Shown here: positions 52,774 through 61,280 of the stretch, one piece after another | Numbering within the stretch: the stretch's first letter is position 1 | Layout: the number at the start of each line of letters is the position of its first letter | Source of the DNA: an uncultured Nitrososphaerota archaeon | Lineage (GTDB): Archaea > Thermoproteota > Nitrososphaeria > Nitrososphaerales > Nitrosopumilaceae | NCBI GenBank assembly: GCA_963701075.1 | Contig: OY969559.1 | Location: forward strand, 512,001 to 576,000 | Direction of reading: 5' to 3' | Length of the DNA: 64,000 bases | Notes under the pieces: model-generated | What the model was told of the DNA's origin: nothing | Database searches by the model: none | The model's input: the letters and a program-made list of their open reading frames with translations, nothing else | Program-made: the position numbers and the translations under genes

Positions 52774-53886
52774 ATGTTAAATGAGAACGCACAAACTGAT
52801 ATCGTGGAGAAAAGTTTGCTGGTATTTGAAAAATATACCAGATCTAATGCTACAAGAAAGATGTATCGCTATCTCTTTGTAAGGTTTTTGAATTGGACTA
52901 AAATTAACGATGTGGATGGAATATTACAACTCAAGGAATCCTATCTACAACAATTAGTTGAAGATTATATTTTGTATATGCGAAAACAAATACTGCCAAA
53001 TTCATTCCAGCCTATTGTTGCATCATTAGAATTATTTTTTTCAATGAATGACAAGACCCTTAATTGGAAAAAAATCCGTAAGATGATACCTTCTCCTGTT
53101 AAGAAATCTGGATACAATGCTTGGCAAACAAAAGATATTGAAAAAATGCTTCAGCTTACCACATCCTTGAGAAACAAGGCTCTTCTTCACTTTCTTGCTT
53201 CTACTGCATGCAGGATAGGGGCAATATCGGAATTAAAGATAAAACATCTCTCTGACATGCCTGATAATTGCAAATCGGTATTGTTCTATGAGGGTACAAA
53301 CGAAGAATATGATGGATTTCTGACACCTGAAGCAAGTCAAATCATTAATGAATATCTAAACAAACGAAGAAAGGATGGCGAATATCTTAATGATGAATCA
53401 CCGCTTTTTAGAGCATCATACCAAGTAGGGGTACAAAAGGCTAAACCTCTTTCATTAAACTCGATTACCCAGATATTACACAGACTTGTCAAGCAAATTG
53501 ATACTAGAAAGAGGATTGGAAATAGGTTTAACGTAATGATGGCTCACGGATTTAGAAAGAGATTTGCTACGATCATCAAACTTGACAACAAGATAAGCTG
53601 GTCAGTTGGAGAAAGACTGCTTGGACACAAAACCTATCTTGAACGAGAATATTTCAGGCCAGTCAAGAATGAACTTTTTACAGAATTTAAGAAGATAATG
53701 CCTGATTTGATAATAGACCAGTCGGAGAAGCTAAGAGTAGAAGCACATCTCAAAGATGAACAAATGAGAAGGATAGAATCTCAAAAAGATGGTCTAATTC
53801 AGCAGCTCCAAGAACAGATTAAGGAAAATGAAAAAACTAAGACTAGCGTACAGAAGATATTAAATCATCTGAAGCTGGCATGCTGA
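52774..53886 (+). CDS. Tyrosine recombinase/integrase
   Basis: R (TACRIG), HxxR (HGFRKRF), LLGH, Y (REYFRP); C-terminal coiled coil; ATG 52774 preferred over 52729. Confidence 0.93.
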   Translation: MLNENAQTDIVEKSLLVFEKYTRSNATRKMYRYLFVRFLNWTKINDVDGILQLKESYLQQLVEDYILYMRKQILPNSFQPIVASLELFFSMNDKTLNWKKIRKMIPSPVKKSGYNAWQTKDIEKMLQLTTSLRNKALLHFLASTACRIGAISELKIKHLSDMPDNCKSVLFYEGTNEEYDGFLTPEASQIINEYLNKRRKDGEYLNDESPLFRASYQVGVQKAKPLSLNSITQILHRLVKQIDTRKRIGNRFNVMMAHGFRKRFATIIKLDNKISWSVGERLLGHKTYLEREYFRPVKNELFTEFKKIMPDLIIDQSEKLRVEAHLKDEQMRRIESQKDGLIQQLQEQIKENEKTKTSVQKILNHLKLAC

Positions 53887-54464
53887 AATACCATTTTATT
53901 TGATACTTGTACGAAGAATTCTCTATGCATTGCAGGATCTGATTGCTCGAGTAGTTCGAATAAATTCTTAATTTTGCTCAAACCTGAATCCCCAAATCTC
54001 TTAATCGTTTTCTCAGTGATTTTTGCCGTATTGCCAGAAATTACTGTTAGTGTCAATATGCGATAGGTCTGGAACCAATCAAGAGTTTTCCTGACCAATA
54101 TTTTCATAAGACTAGATTTAATCTTCTTATTTTCACGAGTATTTTTTTTATGAAAATCTAGTGTGGACTTGACCGTGTCCGTTAATTTATCCAAAATATT
54201 AAGTTCATTTTCTAACCAGTACTGAATACTATCGTTCACCGTTTTAAGTCCAGAAGGTATCCAATACTTGCCTTTTTCTTTTTTTGTTGGTGGTGTAAAC
54301 TCTACTATTCCTTTTTTTACCATTTTCTTAAGATGTTCATTGAAAGTTCTAGTAGTACATTTCTTGATAGTCTGAACTTCATCAAACAATTCGTTGTAAC
54401 GGAAACTTTCTTCTCTAATCAAAGATCTAAGAATTGCATCTTCAAAATCTAAATTTTCACTCAC
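53865..54464 (-). CDS. Winged-helix DNA-binding protein (candidate element repressor)
   Basis: FRYNELFDE…TFNEHLKKMVKKGIVE…GKYWI. Confidence 0.7.
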   Translation of the reverse strand: MSENLDFEDAILRSLIREESFRYNELFDEVQTIKKCTTRTFNEHLKKMVKKGIVEFTPPTKKEKGKYWIPSGLKTVNDSIQYWLENELNILDKLTDTVKSTLDFHKKNTRENKKIKSSLMKILVRKTLDWFQTYRILTLTVISGNTAKITEKTIKRFGDSGLSKIKNLFELLEQSDPAMHREFFVQVSNKMVFQHASFR

Positions 54465-54514
54465 TATACTTGAGGTATAGCCGATTATTTATTTAACTAC
54501 TGAGATGATGAGTT

Positions 54515-54655
54515 ATGGCACAAATACACATAAAGGATCAAACGATCGACCGCATTGAAAAAATAACAAGAAAAAAATTTACTCGAGGTGGTGATCGATT
54601 AATCAATGAGGTTATTGACATTCTAGAAATGAGGAAAAATAATGAAAACATCTAA
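54515..54655 (+). CDS. Small ribbon-helix-helix-like protein (46 aa)
   Basis: MAQIHIKDQTIDRIEKITRKKFTRGGDRLINEVIDILEMRKNNENI; divergent from the wHTH gene; not in the ORF track. Confidence 0.6.
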   Translation: MAQIHIKDQTIDRIEKITRKKFTRGGDRLINEVIDILEMRKNNENI

Positions 54656-54884
54656 GCCTAATTTTCCATTCGAGGATCCTAAGTACATTGATGATTCTAT
54701 TAACACAGAAATATGCCCTTCTTGTAATTTGTCTTTTTCAGAACATACCAACCATGAGATTGTAAAATGTGCATTAGACGAGCTAAGAGGTGGAAAGAAG
54801 CGGACTATTGACTTGACTGATCTGGAAAATAACGAATGGGTATGTGAAAAGTACCCGTCTAATAATCAAAATTGCGATCCATAG
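54642..54884 (+). CDS. Small protein with CxxC-x6-H-x7-C putative Zn site
   Basis: CPSCNLSFSEHTNHEIVKC; GAGG upstream. Confidence 0.6.
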   Translation: MKTSKPNFPFEDPKYIDDSINTEICPSCNLSFSEHTNHEIVKCALDELRGGKKRTIDLTDLENNEWVCEKYPSNNQNCDP

Positions 54885-54898
54885 CAAAGAAAGGAGGA

Positions 54899-55063
54899 TT
54901 GAGTACAATATCCACTGATTCATTCTCGAATTTAACAACGATTACAATAACCGCTGAGACTCGCAGGAGATTAGAGGTATTATGCAAGAAAGATCAAGAT
55001 TTTGACAGTGTGATAAACAAGCTTATTTTACTCTCGTCTGACAAATTGGAGGATTTTTGGTGA
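54899..55063 (+). CDS. Small RHH/antitoxin-like DNA-binding protein
   Basis: TTITITAETRRRLEVL…DFDSVINKLI; AGGAGG before TTG 54899. Confidence 0.65.
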   Translation: MSTISTDSFSNLTTITITAETRRRLEVLCKKDQDFDSVINKLILLSSDKLEDFW

Positions 55064-55890
55064 GTAACGGATCAGTAACACATCGAGGTCACGGATCAGA
55101 GTATGATATTGAACAGTTTTACAAAAGGGCTCTATCTATATGTGAAACTGGAAAGAGACCGTTTTGCTTTAAGGATTTTGATGATATCAGCCCAGGCAAC
55201 TTTAGGCAATATGTTCACAGATCAGGAAGCAAGATAGAGATTGTAAAAAAGGGAAGGCCAACACTGTACAAAGTTAGAGGAATTGAACTTGCAGGCGATT
55301 CCCATAGAATAACGAATAGGGTAACGGGGGTTAATCCAGAATTTGAACATCTACTAGAATCGCTCAGAGACCAACCTCCAATGATTCATGATATTCATCT
55401 AAAATTTGAATCTGAGTTGCATTCTAGTCTTGTTTCTAAAGGGTTATCGGTCAATCCAACTAATCACGCCATAGAGAACATAAGATATGCCGCACTTGAC
55501 AACAATATCAAAACCAAGATCCTGGTGTATCCATATACAACCCAGATTATCATAGGGTGTACTTGCAAACCAATTATCTATGATGCTTCAGGAATTTGGT
55601 CTCTATTTTCATATCTTTCTCAGGTACAATTTCATTTATCAGAACTAACAAACCATCAAGTCGTAATTCCAGAGGTAAAAACATGGATTGTTACACGTTA
55701 TGATTTCAATAAAGATGGTTCGGAATCAGTTATTGGAGGGCCTTTTTGCATGGAATTTCAAGATGTTTCAAATGGACTTATACGATTTTACCTAAAGAAG
55801 ATGCCAAACGGTGAAAGGATTCCAAGACTTGAACAAACTAGGACTCCTAACAAGTCGATTTCAGATATTGTGCAGGAGATCCTGTCGTAA
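55057..55890 (+). CDS. Putative Rep_trans-like rolling-circle replication initiator
   Basis: Ordered motifs VTRYDFNKD, LIRFYLKK, PRLEQ resemble the Rep_trans R-x-D-x-x-x-D, R-x-Y-x-K and R-x-E motifs; N-terminal wHTH-like region. Assigned by eye. Confidence 0.5.
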   Translation: MVSNGSVTHRGHGSEYDIEQFYKRALSICETGKRPFCFKDFDDISPGNFRQYVHRSGSKIEIVKKGRPTLYKVRGIELAGDSHRITNRVTGVNPEFEHLLESLRDQPPMIHDIHLKFESELHSSLVSKGLSVNPTNHAIENIRYAALDNNIKTKILVYPYTTQIIIGCTCKPIIYDASGIWSLFSYLSQVQFHLSELTNHQVVIPEVKTWIVTRYDFNKDGSESVIGGPFCMEFQDVSNGLIRFYLKKMPNGERIPRLEQTRTPNKSISDIVQEILS

Positions 55891-55906
55891 TGAACAATTG
55901 AGCCAA

Positions 55907-56137
55907 ATGACCCCACCAAAGCCTCCCTCGTTTAAAGCTAAAACGGGAAGAAAGACAAAACGTGAAAGGATCCAACAAGACGGAAGATTAATGACAAACG
56001 CCATTCTGGGAGATAGTCCTTGGGAAGCTTCTCTTTACGCAGGATGTGGCTATGAATATGCGGTGAAAAAATTCCTAGAGTTTGGATTCATTTTTGATCA
56101 TAAAACACGACTATGGATCAGGATCAAACGATTCTAA
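55907..56137 (+). CDS. Small basic hypothetical protein
   Basis: 3' part of ORF 55811-56137, following the Rep-like stop. Confidence 0.5.
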   Translation: MTPPKPPSFKAKTGRKTKRERIQQDGRLMTNAILGDSPWEASLYAGCGYEYAVKKFLEFGFIFDHKTRLWIRIKRF

Positions 56138-56156
56138 GTAAATGTAGAGACTCATT

Positions 56157-56625
56157 TTTACGTAAAATACGTAAATTTAGGCACGTAATGTTACAGGTTT
56201 TAGGGAATGGAGTCAGGATATGAAATTTTACGAAAAGTTCGTAAATTTAGGCACGTGATTTTACGGAATTTTCACAAAATGTGAAAATTTAGGCACGTGA
56301 TTTTTCACATTTTTGGTGAACTGGAAATAGAGGTTATGAAATTTTACCTATTTTGGGTAAATTTAGGCACGTGATTTTACACATTTTTATGAGTAGAAGG
56401 GGGAATGAAATTTATGAATACAAAACATCGTCCCGAGTTTCGTTCCTAGAATAGGGGGATCACCAGGGAAAAATAGACAAAAAAGAAGGTGTGATACCGA
56501 TCCCGAGTTTTAGATAGCGTTAATGGAAGATATCTACGAAATTTTTGAGTAATTGTGGGGGTACTGATCTGCGTTTTATTATTTTATGTCATATCATCCT
56601 AATTTTAGGCACGAAAATATGGCAT
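56157..56625. repeat. Array of four structured units (variable palindrome + invariant TTTAGGCACGT) plus one orphan core
   Basis: Cores at 56176, 56246, 56288, 56362 (spacing 70/42/74) and TTTAGGCACG at 56604; each of the four preceded by an 8-bp/3-nt-loop inverted repeat. Confidence 0.9.
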
Positions 56626-56745
56626 CATATGACCGAGGTAAAATTTCTGCTTGAAAGACATACTAACTTCGGTATAAAAAAAGATGAGATACGATCTAGA
56701 ATTTGTGGTCTTGCATGTGTATGATCAGAGATAATTTCTAAAACA

Positions 56746-56916
56746 TCAAACATCAGTACTTTTTGCAAGGTAAATTTTGTCATTTTCTTCTACGAACATG
56801 ATAGTCTCTCCTTCCTGAAGATGATATTTCTCTCTGACCTTCTTTGGTATGGTTACCTGGAACTTGTAGCTTATGGTCGTCATTCCAAGTATCTCTTTCT
56901 TTGAATCCTTTATCAT
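56746..56916 (-). CDS. AbrB/MazE/SpoVT family DNA-binding protein
   Basis: TTISYKFQVTIPKKVREKYHLQEGETIMF. Confidence 0.88.
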   Translation of the reverse strand: MIKDSKKEILGMTTISYKFQVTIPKKVREKYHLQEGETIMFVEENDKIYLAKSTDV

Positions 56917-57090
56917 TATTACTTGCCTTGATTGTAATGAATGTAAAGCAAGATTCATTAATTAGACCCAAGAAAGTAAAGAATTCTTGGAAAGTAAAGA
57001 TAATTTCATTCATGGATTAAGAGATTCCAGAGTTGGGATGAAGATAGAACCGTACCAAGTTCTATTTGTTAAATTTTACAATCGAGAACT

Positions 57091-57744
57091 ATGAAGCTTA
57101 ATCTCAATTATTCTGTCACTAGTACTTGCAAGCTCTGTCATAGGATATGGTGTACAAGCATCTGCTCAGATGACAGGTGGCGGGATCTGTGGTAATCATC
57201 CATGTGCACCAGGAGAGGTCTATCCGCCAAGTACCCCTTCATCAGGAACTGGAATTACAGTCTCAACTGACAAACCGTCATATAATTATGGTGACACCAT
57301 TACCATATCGGGTACAACGAGTGTTTATCTTGGTGATACCCCTCTTACGCTTATTCTAAGAAATCCAGTTGGAAATATTGTCATAGCAACACAACTCACA
57401 GTGGGAACAGACGATACCTTTTCTGAGACTGCGGTTGCTACAGGTGCACTGTGGCAATCTGCTGGTACGTATACAATATCTGCCATATATGGTAACACAA
57501 ACATGTCTGCTACAACCACATTCCAGTTCTCAGGTTCTTCTTTACTCCATCAAGTCCAAGTACTGTACCAAACGCTGGCACAAATGCTACTATTCAACAA
57601 CCACCATCTTCTACCACCCCGCAATCAAAGATTCCCGCTTGGGTCAAAAACATCTTCATCTGGTATGGCAGGGGCAGCATCTCAGACGATGAATTGATAG
57701 GTGCCATACAGTTTCTTATACATCAGGGAATAATCAAAGTCTGA
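57091..57744 (+). CDS. Secreted Ig-like protein with C-terminal thaumarchaeal module (apparent frameshifts at ~57099 and ~57542)
   Basis: Repaired: MKLISIILSLVLASS… signal peptide, VSTDKPSYNYGDTITISG, …KIPAWVKNIFIWYGRGSISDDELIGAIQFLIHQGIIKV. Confidence 0.7.
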
Positions 57745-57915
57745 AATTTTTGAATTACAAAACATCAACCTGAATTTCAGAAAACTTGATTCTCTTTGCG
57801 GTATCTATGGCATCACTCATACACAATTAATATGTAATACTAGTAAAAAATCATGATAACGATTACTAATGATTTGTACATTAGAGAAGAAAACTAAACA
57901 GAATTAGTTTTGCAT

Positions 57916-59355
57916 CTACTCAGTAATATAATGACGATTCTTAGGCCACATTTTGAATATTGGTTTATACTTATCCATTTTCAAGTAATTCTTTACAATT
58001 TTTATCTTGTTTTCTAGTTTTTCTGAACCTTGTTGGAATTGTGCATTTTCCAGCATAATGTATAATTCGTCTTTTGTTTTGTTTAAAATAACATATGTTG
58101 CAATAATTATTCTCGCATAATCCATCATCAAGAAGCCAAATTCATCCTTATTCTTGAATCGTTTTTTTATTGCCTTTTCAGTTTTATTACTCATTTTATC
58201 GCCATGAACATATTTGCTTCTTACATCATATGCAGTCAACATATCATCATACACCTTCTTCGAATCTAGTCCGATTAAACCTAATAATTTTGAAGAATTT
58301 AACGCAAATCGTAACTTTTGATCTCCCTCGGATTTAATCAATAATGCTTCGATAGCCATAACTGCATATGATACTGAAATTCGGATTAAATGAATTGATT
58401 TTAATCCATTCATATATCGTGATAATGATATTTCTAGTTCATTATCTTCCCTGTAATGGTTAACTATAGATCTAGTTAATCGTTTTTCCATTACTCCATA
58501 AAATAGCTTAAGATATTCTATCTCATTTTCTTTAATTCTTGCGTAGTATTGTAATCCTGGATCATGATAAAACCCCAATCTATACGTGCCATGAAATGTA
58601 CGTTCTATGTTTGAAGATTTGTTACTTATTCCAATACAATCAGGCGATGATAATTTGAATAATGTAAGAATTAATTCGATTTTTTTTAATGTTTCAAAAC
58701 TGTGATCATATTTCAAATCTTGTTTATACGTAAATTCTAATATGCAAAAACATTGCTCTACTACCTCATTATAATCATCCCATTCCTCTGGTTTAACTTC
58801 GATCTCAAAATCTTTCTTGTTGGCTTTTCTTATTCTAAGATATTTGTTTACGATGATTTCGTTTTGTTCTATCATAATTCCTGAAAGATAAGATGTTGTT
58901 TTGATTATCGGCAGTTCATCTTTAATCGAGTTAATAAGGTATTTCACTAAATTCTTAACATTAAAAAATTTTGTATCATGCTCATAACAAAAAACAAATA
59001 ATGCTTTTTCTACAAACGCTCCAAAAAGAAATTTATCTTCGTTCTTACTAATTTTGTTTATTCTTTCATTCATTTTTTTGTAAAAATCATCTTGTTTCAA
59101 ATCATTATGTGCAACGTAAAGGAGTCGATCCCAATCAATTTTTTCTTTAGTATCTGTAAATCTGTCAATAGAATACCATTTGTGAAACTTTGACCATCTT
59201 ACATTTGGAATTTTATAATATTTTTTACCCAGGGGGTGGTTTCTTTTTTTCAAATCTAGAACTAAATTTCGTAGATATGTGGTATACCTATACAGATCTA
59301 TCTCAATCTGTTTTAATTCTTGATCTGATGAAGACATGGAGTCATTATCTTTCAA
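57916..59355 (-). CDS. HEPN-domain protein (ApeA-like), putative defence RNase
   Basis: AVMAIEALL helix and YDVRSKYVHG (RxxxxH) in the C-terminal third; very AT-rich. Confidence 0.78.
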   Translation of the reverse strand: MKDNDSMSSSDQELKQIEIDLYRYTTYLRNLVLDLKKRNHPLGKKYYKIPNVRWSKFHKWYSIDRFTDTKEKIDWDRLLYVAHNDLKQDDFYKKMNERINKISKNEDKFLFGAFVEKALFVFCYEHDTKFFNVKNLVKYLINSIKDELPIIKTTSYLSGIMIEQNEIIVNKYLRIRKANKKDFEIEVKPEEWDDYNEVVEQCFCILEFTYKQDLKYDHSFETLKKIELILTLFKLSSPDCIGISNKSSNIERTFHGTYRLGFYHDPGLQYYARIKENEIEYLKLFYGVMEKRLTRSIVNHYREDNELEISLSRYMNGLKSIHLIRISVSYAVMAIEALLIKSEGDQKLRFALNSSKLLGLIGLDSKKVYDDMLTAYDVRSKYVHGDKMSNKTEKAIKKRFKNKDEFGFLMMDYARIIIATYVILNKTKDELYIMLENAQFQQGSEKLENKIKIVKNYLKMDKYKPIFKMWPKNRHYITE

Positions 59356-59463
59356 TTGTTTTTATTGATAAAGTAATCTGAAGTTTTAGAATTAGTATAA
59401 CAATAGGCCAGAACAAAATTGGCCTGATTCAAGATTATATACAATGTTCTGCTTCGTAATCTA

Positions 59464-60834
59464 TTGAGCATATTTTCTAAAAAAATCGATTCAATAACCC
59501 GAGAAGACTTGGAATCTCTGATAAGAGAATCTGAACGAGAGAGCATACAACTTGATTATAAACAAGGCATAAATCCTTCAGAAAATGGCAAACATGATTT
59601 GGTGAAGCTGGTAGTAGGAATGGCAAACACAGAAGGGGGATACATAATTTTTGGAATTAATGAAGACAAACAAAAGGGAATACCGACTAAAATGGAAGGA
59701 ATAGATCCATCTGTTGGAGGACAAAAGGTTGACGAATGGCTAGAAAATGTCATCAATCCCCACATAAGTCCAAGAGTTGTAATTAGGATTAAAACTATAG
59801 CACTTGAAACCAAAATAGCATTAGTTTTGTGGGTACCGCAAAGTACAAGAAAGCCGCACATGTCGACCCTTGATAATGACTTTAGGATTTACCGACGTTA
59901 TAATACTCAGTCACTGCCTGCCAGTGAAGGAGAATTAAGAGAAATGTATCTTGCATCTAATAAAATTGAAAGAGTAAGAGAAGATTTCATATTGAAAAAA
60001 AATCTTACTAATGTCTCAAATAAGGAATTTGGTCTAACAACAAATTCTGATAACCTCCTGTCAAAGCTTGGCATAGAAAATAAGTATGAATATCCAATTG
60101 TGACGCTTTCATCCTGCCCTAGGTTTCTAGAAGAGAAAGTAAATTTCTCATCTGACACTTTTCAATCATGGCTGTCGAAAAATTCTTTTACAAAAATCCA
60201 GAATCAAGATATAGAAATTTTTCGTTATAATCCACCTATTCTAGAACAAAATTCGATAACAATATTGCGTAAGATGGGAATGAATGATAAAATATTGGAA
60301 TACCTTGAAATCCAAAGAAATGGATTTATTGAACAATGTAAAACATTACAACTTATTCATTCTGATGGAAACAAATTTGTATTAAATCTTGGGAGATTAA
60401 CTGTTGCACTTTGGGCATTTTTATATTATGTAAAAAATTTCTATCAACAAATTGATTATTTAGATGAATTTTCTATTTTTATGTCCATTAGAAATTCTAA
60501 TCGCCTTGAACTATGCGGTTTGTTAGGACTATCCGAAAGAGGACACCCGTATTCTACTGAATCAGATGACCTTTTTAGATATCTGGATATTACCCCCATG
60601 TATACTGCCACTACGTATGATCCAGTTTTTCCTACTACTCAAAAGGAACAAAATCTATCACATTCAGTTAATTTAACTATGAATAATCTCACGGATGAAG
60701 AGATCTATGACATTGTGAAAAATTTTGCAGATAGGATAAGTAATGCATTTGGTTTGGCTAAAGCACATTGTTATAATAACGATGGAACATTTGTTAATAG
60801 ACACTTAGACTTTTACAACAAACTACTATCTTAA
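59464..60834 (+). CDS. Schlafen/AlbA_2 domain protein
   Basis: ESIQLDYKQ, GMANTEGGYIIFGINE, KPHM…IYRR. Confidence 0.85.
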   Translation: MSIFSKKIDSITREDLESLIRESERESIQLDYKQGINPSENGKHDLVKLVVGMANTEGGYIIFGINEDKQKGIPTKMEGIDPSVGGQKVDEWLENVINPHISPRVVIRIKTIALETKIALVLWVPQSTRKPHMSTLDNDFRIYRRYNTQSLPASEGELREMYLASNKIERVREDFILKKNLTNVSNKEFGLTTNSDNLLSKLGIENKYEYPIVTLSSCPRFLEEKVNFSSDTFQSWLSKNSFTKIQNQDIEIFRYNPPILEQNSITILRKMGMNDKILEYLEIQRNGFIEQCKTLQLIHSDGNKFVLNLGRLTVALWAFLYYVKNFYQQIDYLDEFSIFMSIRNSNRLELCGLLGLSERGHPYSTESDDLFRYLDITPMYTATTYDPVFPTTQKEQNLSHSVNLTMNNLTDEEIYDIVKNFADRISNAFGLAKAHCYNNDGTFVNRHLDFYNKLLS

Positions 60835-60881
60835 CGCAGTATACTTGTGATCATTGAAGAAGATTCAATTATTTATGACAT

Positions 60882-61184
60882 TCAAACAGGTCTCAGAAGC
60901 TCTTCGATTTTTGTGAGGATTACTTCATTTTCCACAGTTTTTTTTCTTACCTCTTCATTCATCTGTTCTTGATTTTTCTTGTATGTTCTGAGTAATTCAT
61001 AAATTGAAAGCCTTTCCTTTGCACGATCCTCAGTGGTTTTGAAAAGATTATGATCTGCCCAGAATCGTTGGTGACATTTACTACACATCGGTTCAGATAC
61101 TCCAGATGAAAAGACACGTTTACACGTAGGTCTGGGACACTGGACATATCTTGGTTGATGGGTACGCATCCAAATACCGCCCAT
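60882..61184 (-). CDS. Small Zn-ribbon plus coiled-coil protein
   Basis: QCPRPTC…CSKC followed by a charged helix. Confidence 0.6.
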   Translation of the reverse strand: MGGIWMRTHQPRYVQCPRPTCKRVFSSGVSEPMCSKCHQRFWADHNLFKTTEDRAKERLSIYELLRTYKKNQEQMNEEVRKKTVENEVILTKIEELLRPV

Positions 61185-61280
61185 GTTATATAGATAACAT
61201 TTTTTTGTATTTTAATGTTATTGGATAACAGAACTTTTAATATATACACTACTAGTATAGTAGTGTGGAGAAGTAGTGTA

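Noticed and set aside
56157-56400. CRISPR array
   Set aside because: The invariant part is only 11-14 nt, spacing is irregular (70/42/74), the intervening sequences are related and self-complementary, and no cas genes are present.
56746-57013. Complete toxin-antitoxin pair around the AbrB gene
   Set aside because: No PIN/MazF-type toxin ORF is adjacent; the overlapping 77-aa ORF has no recognisable motif.
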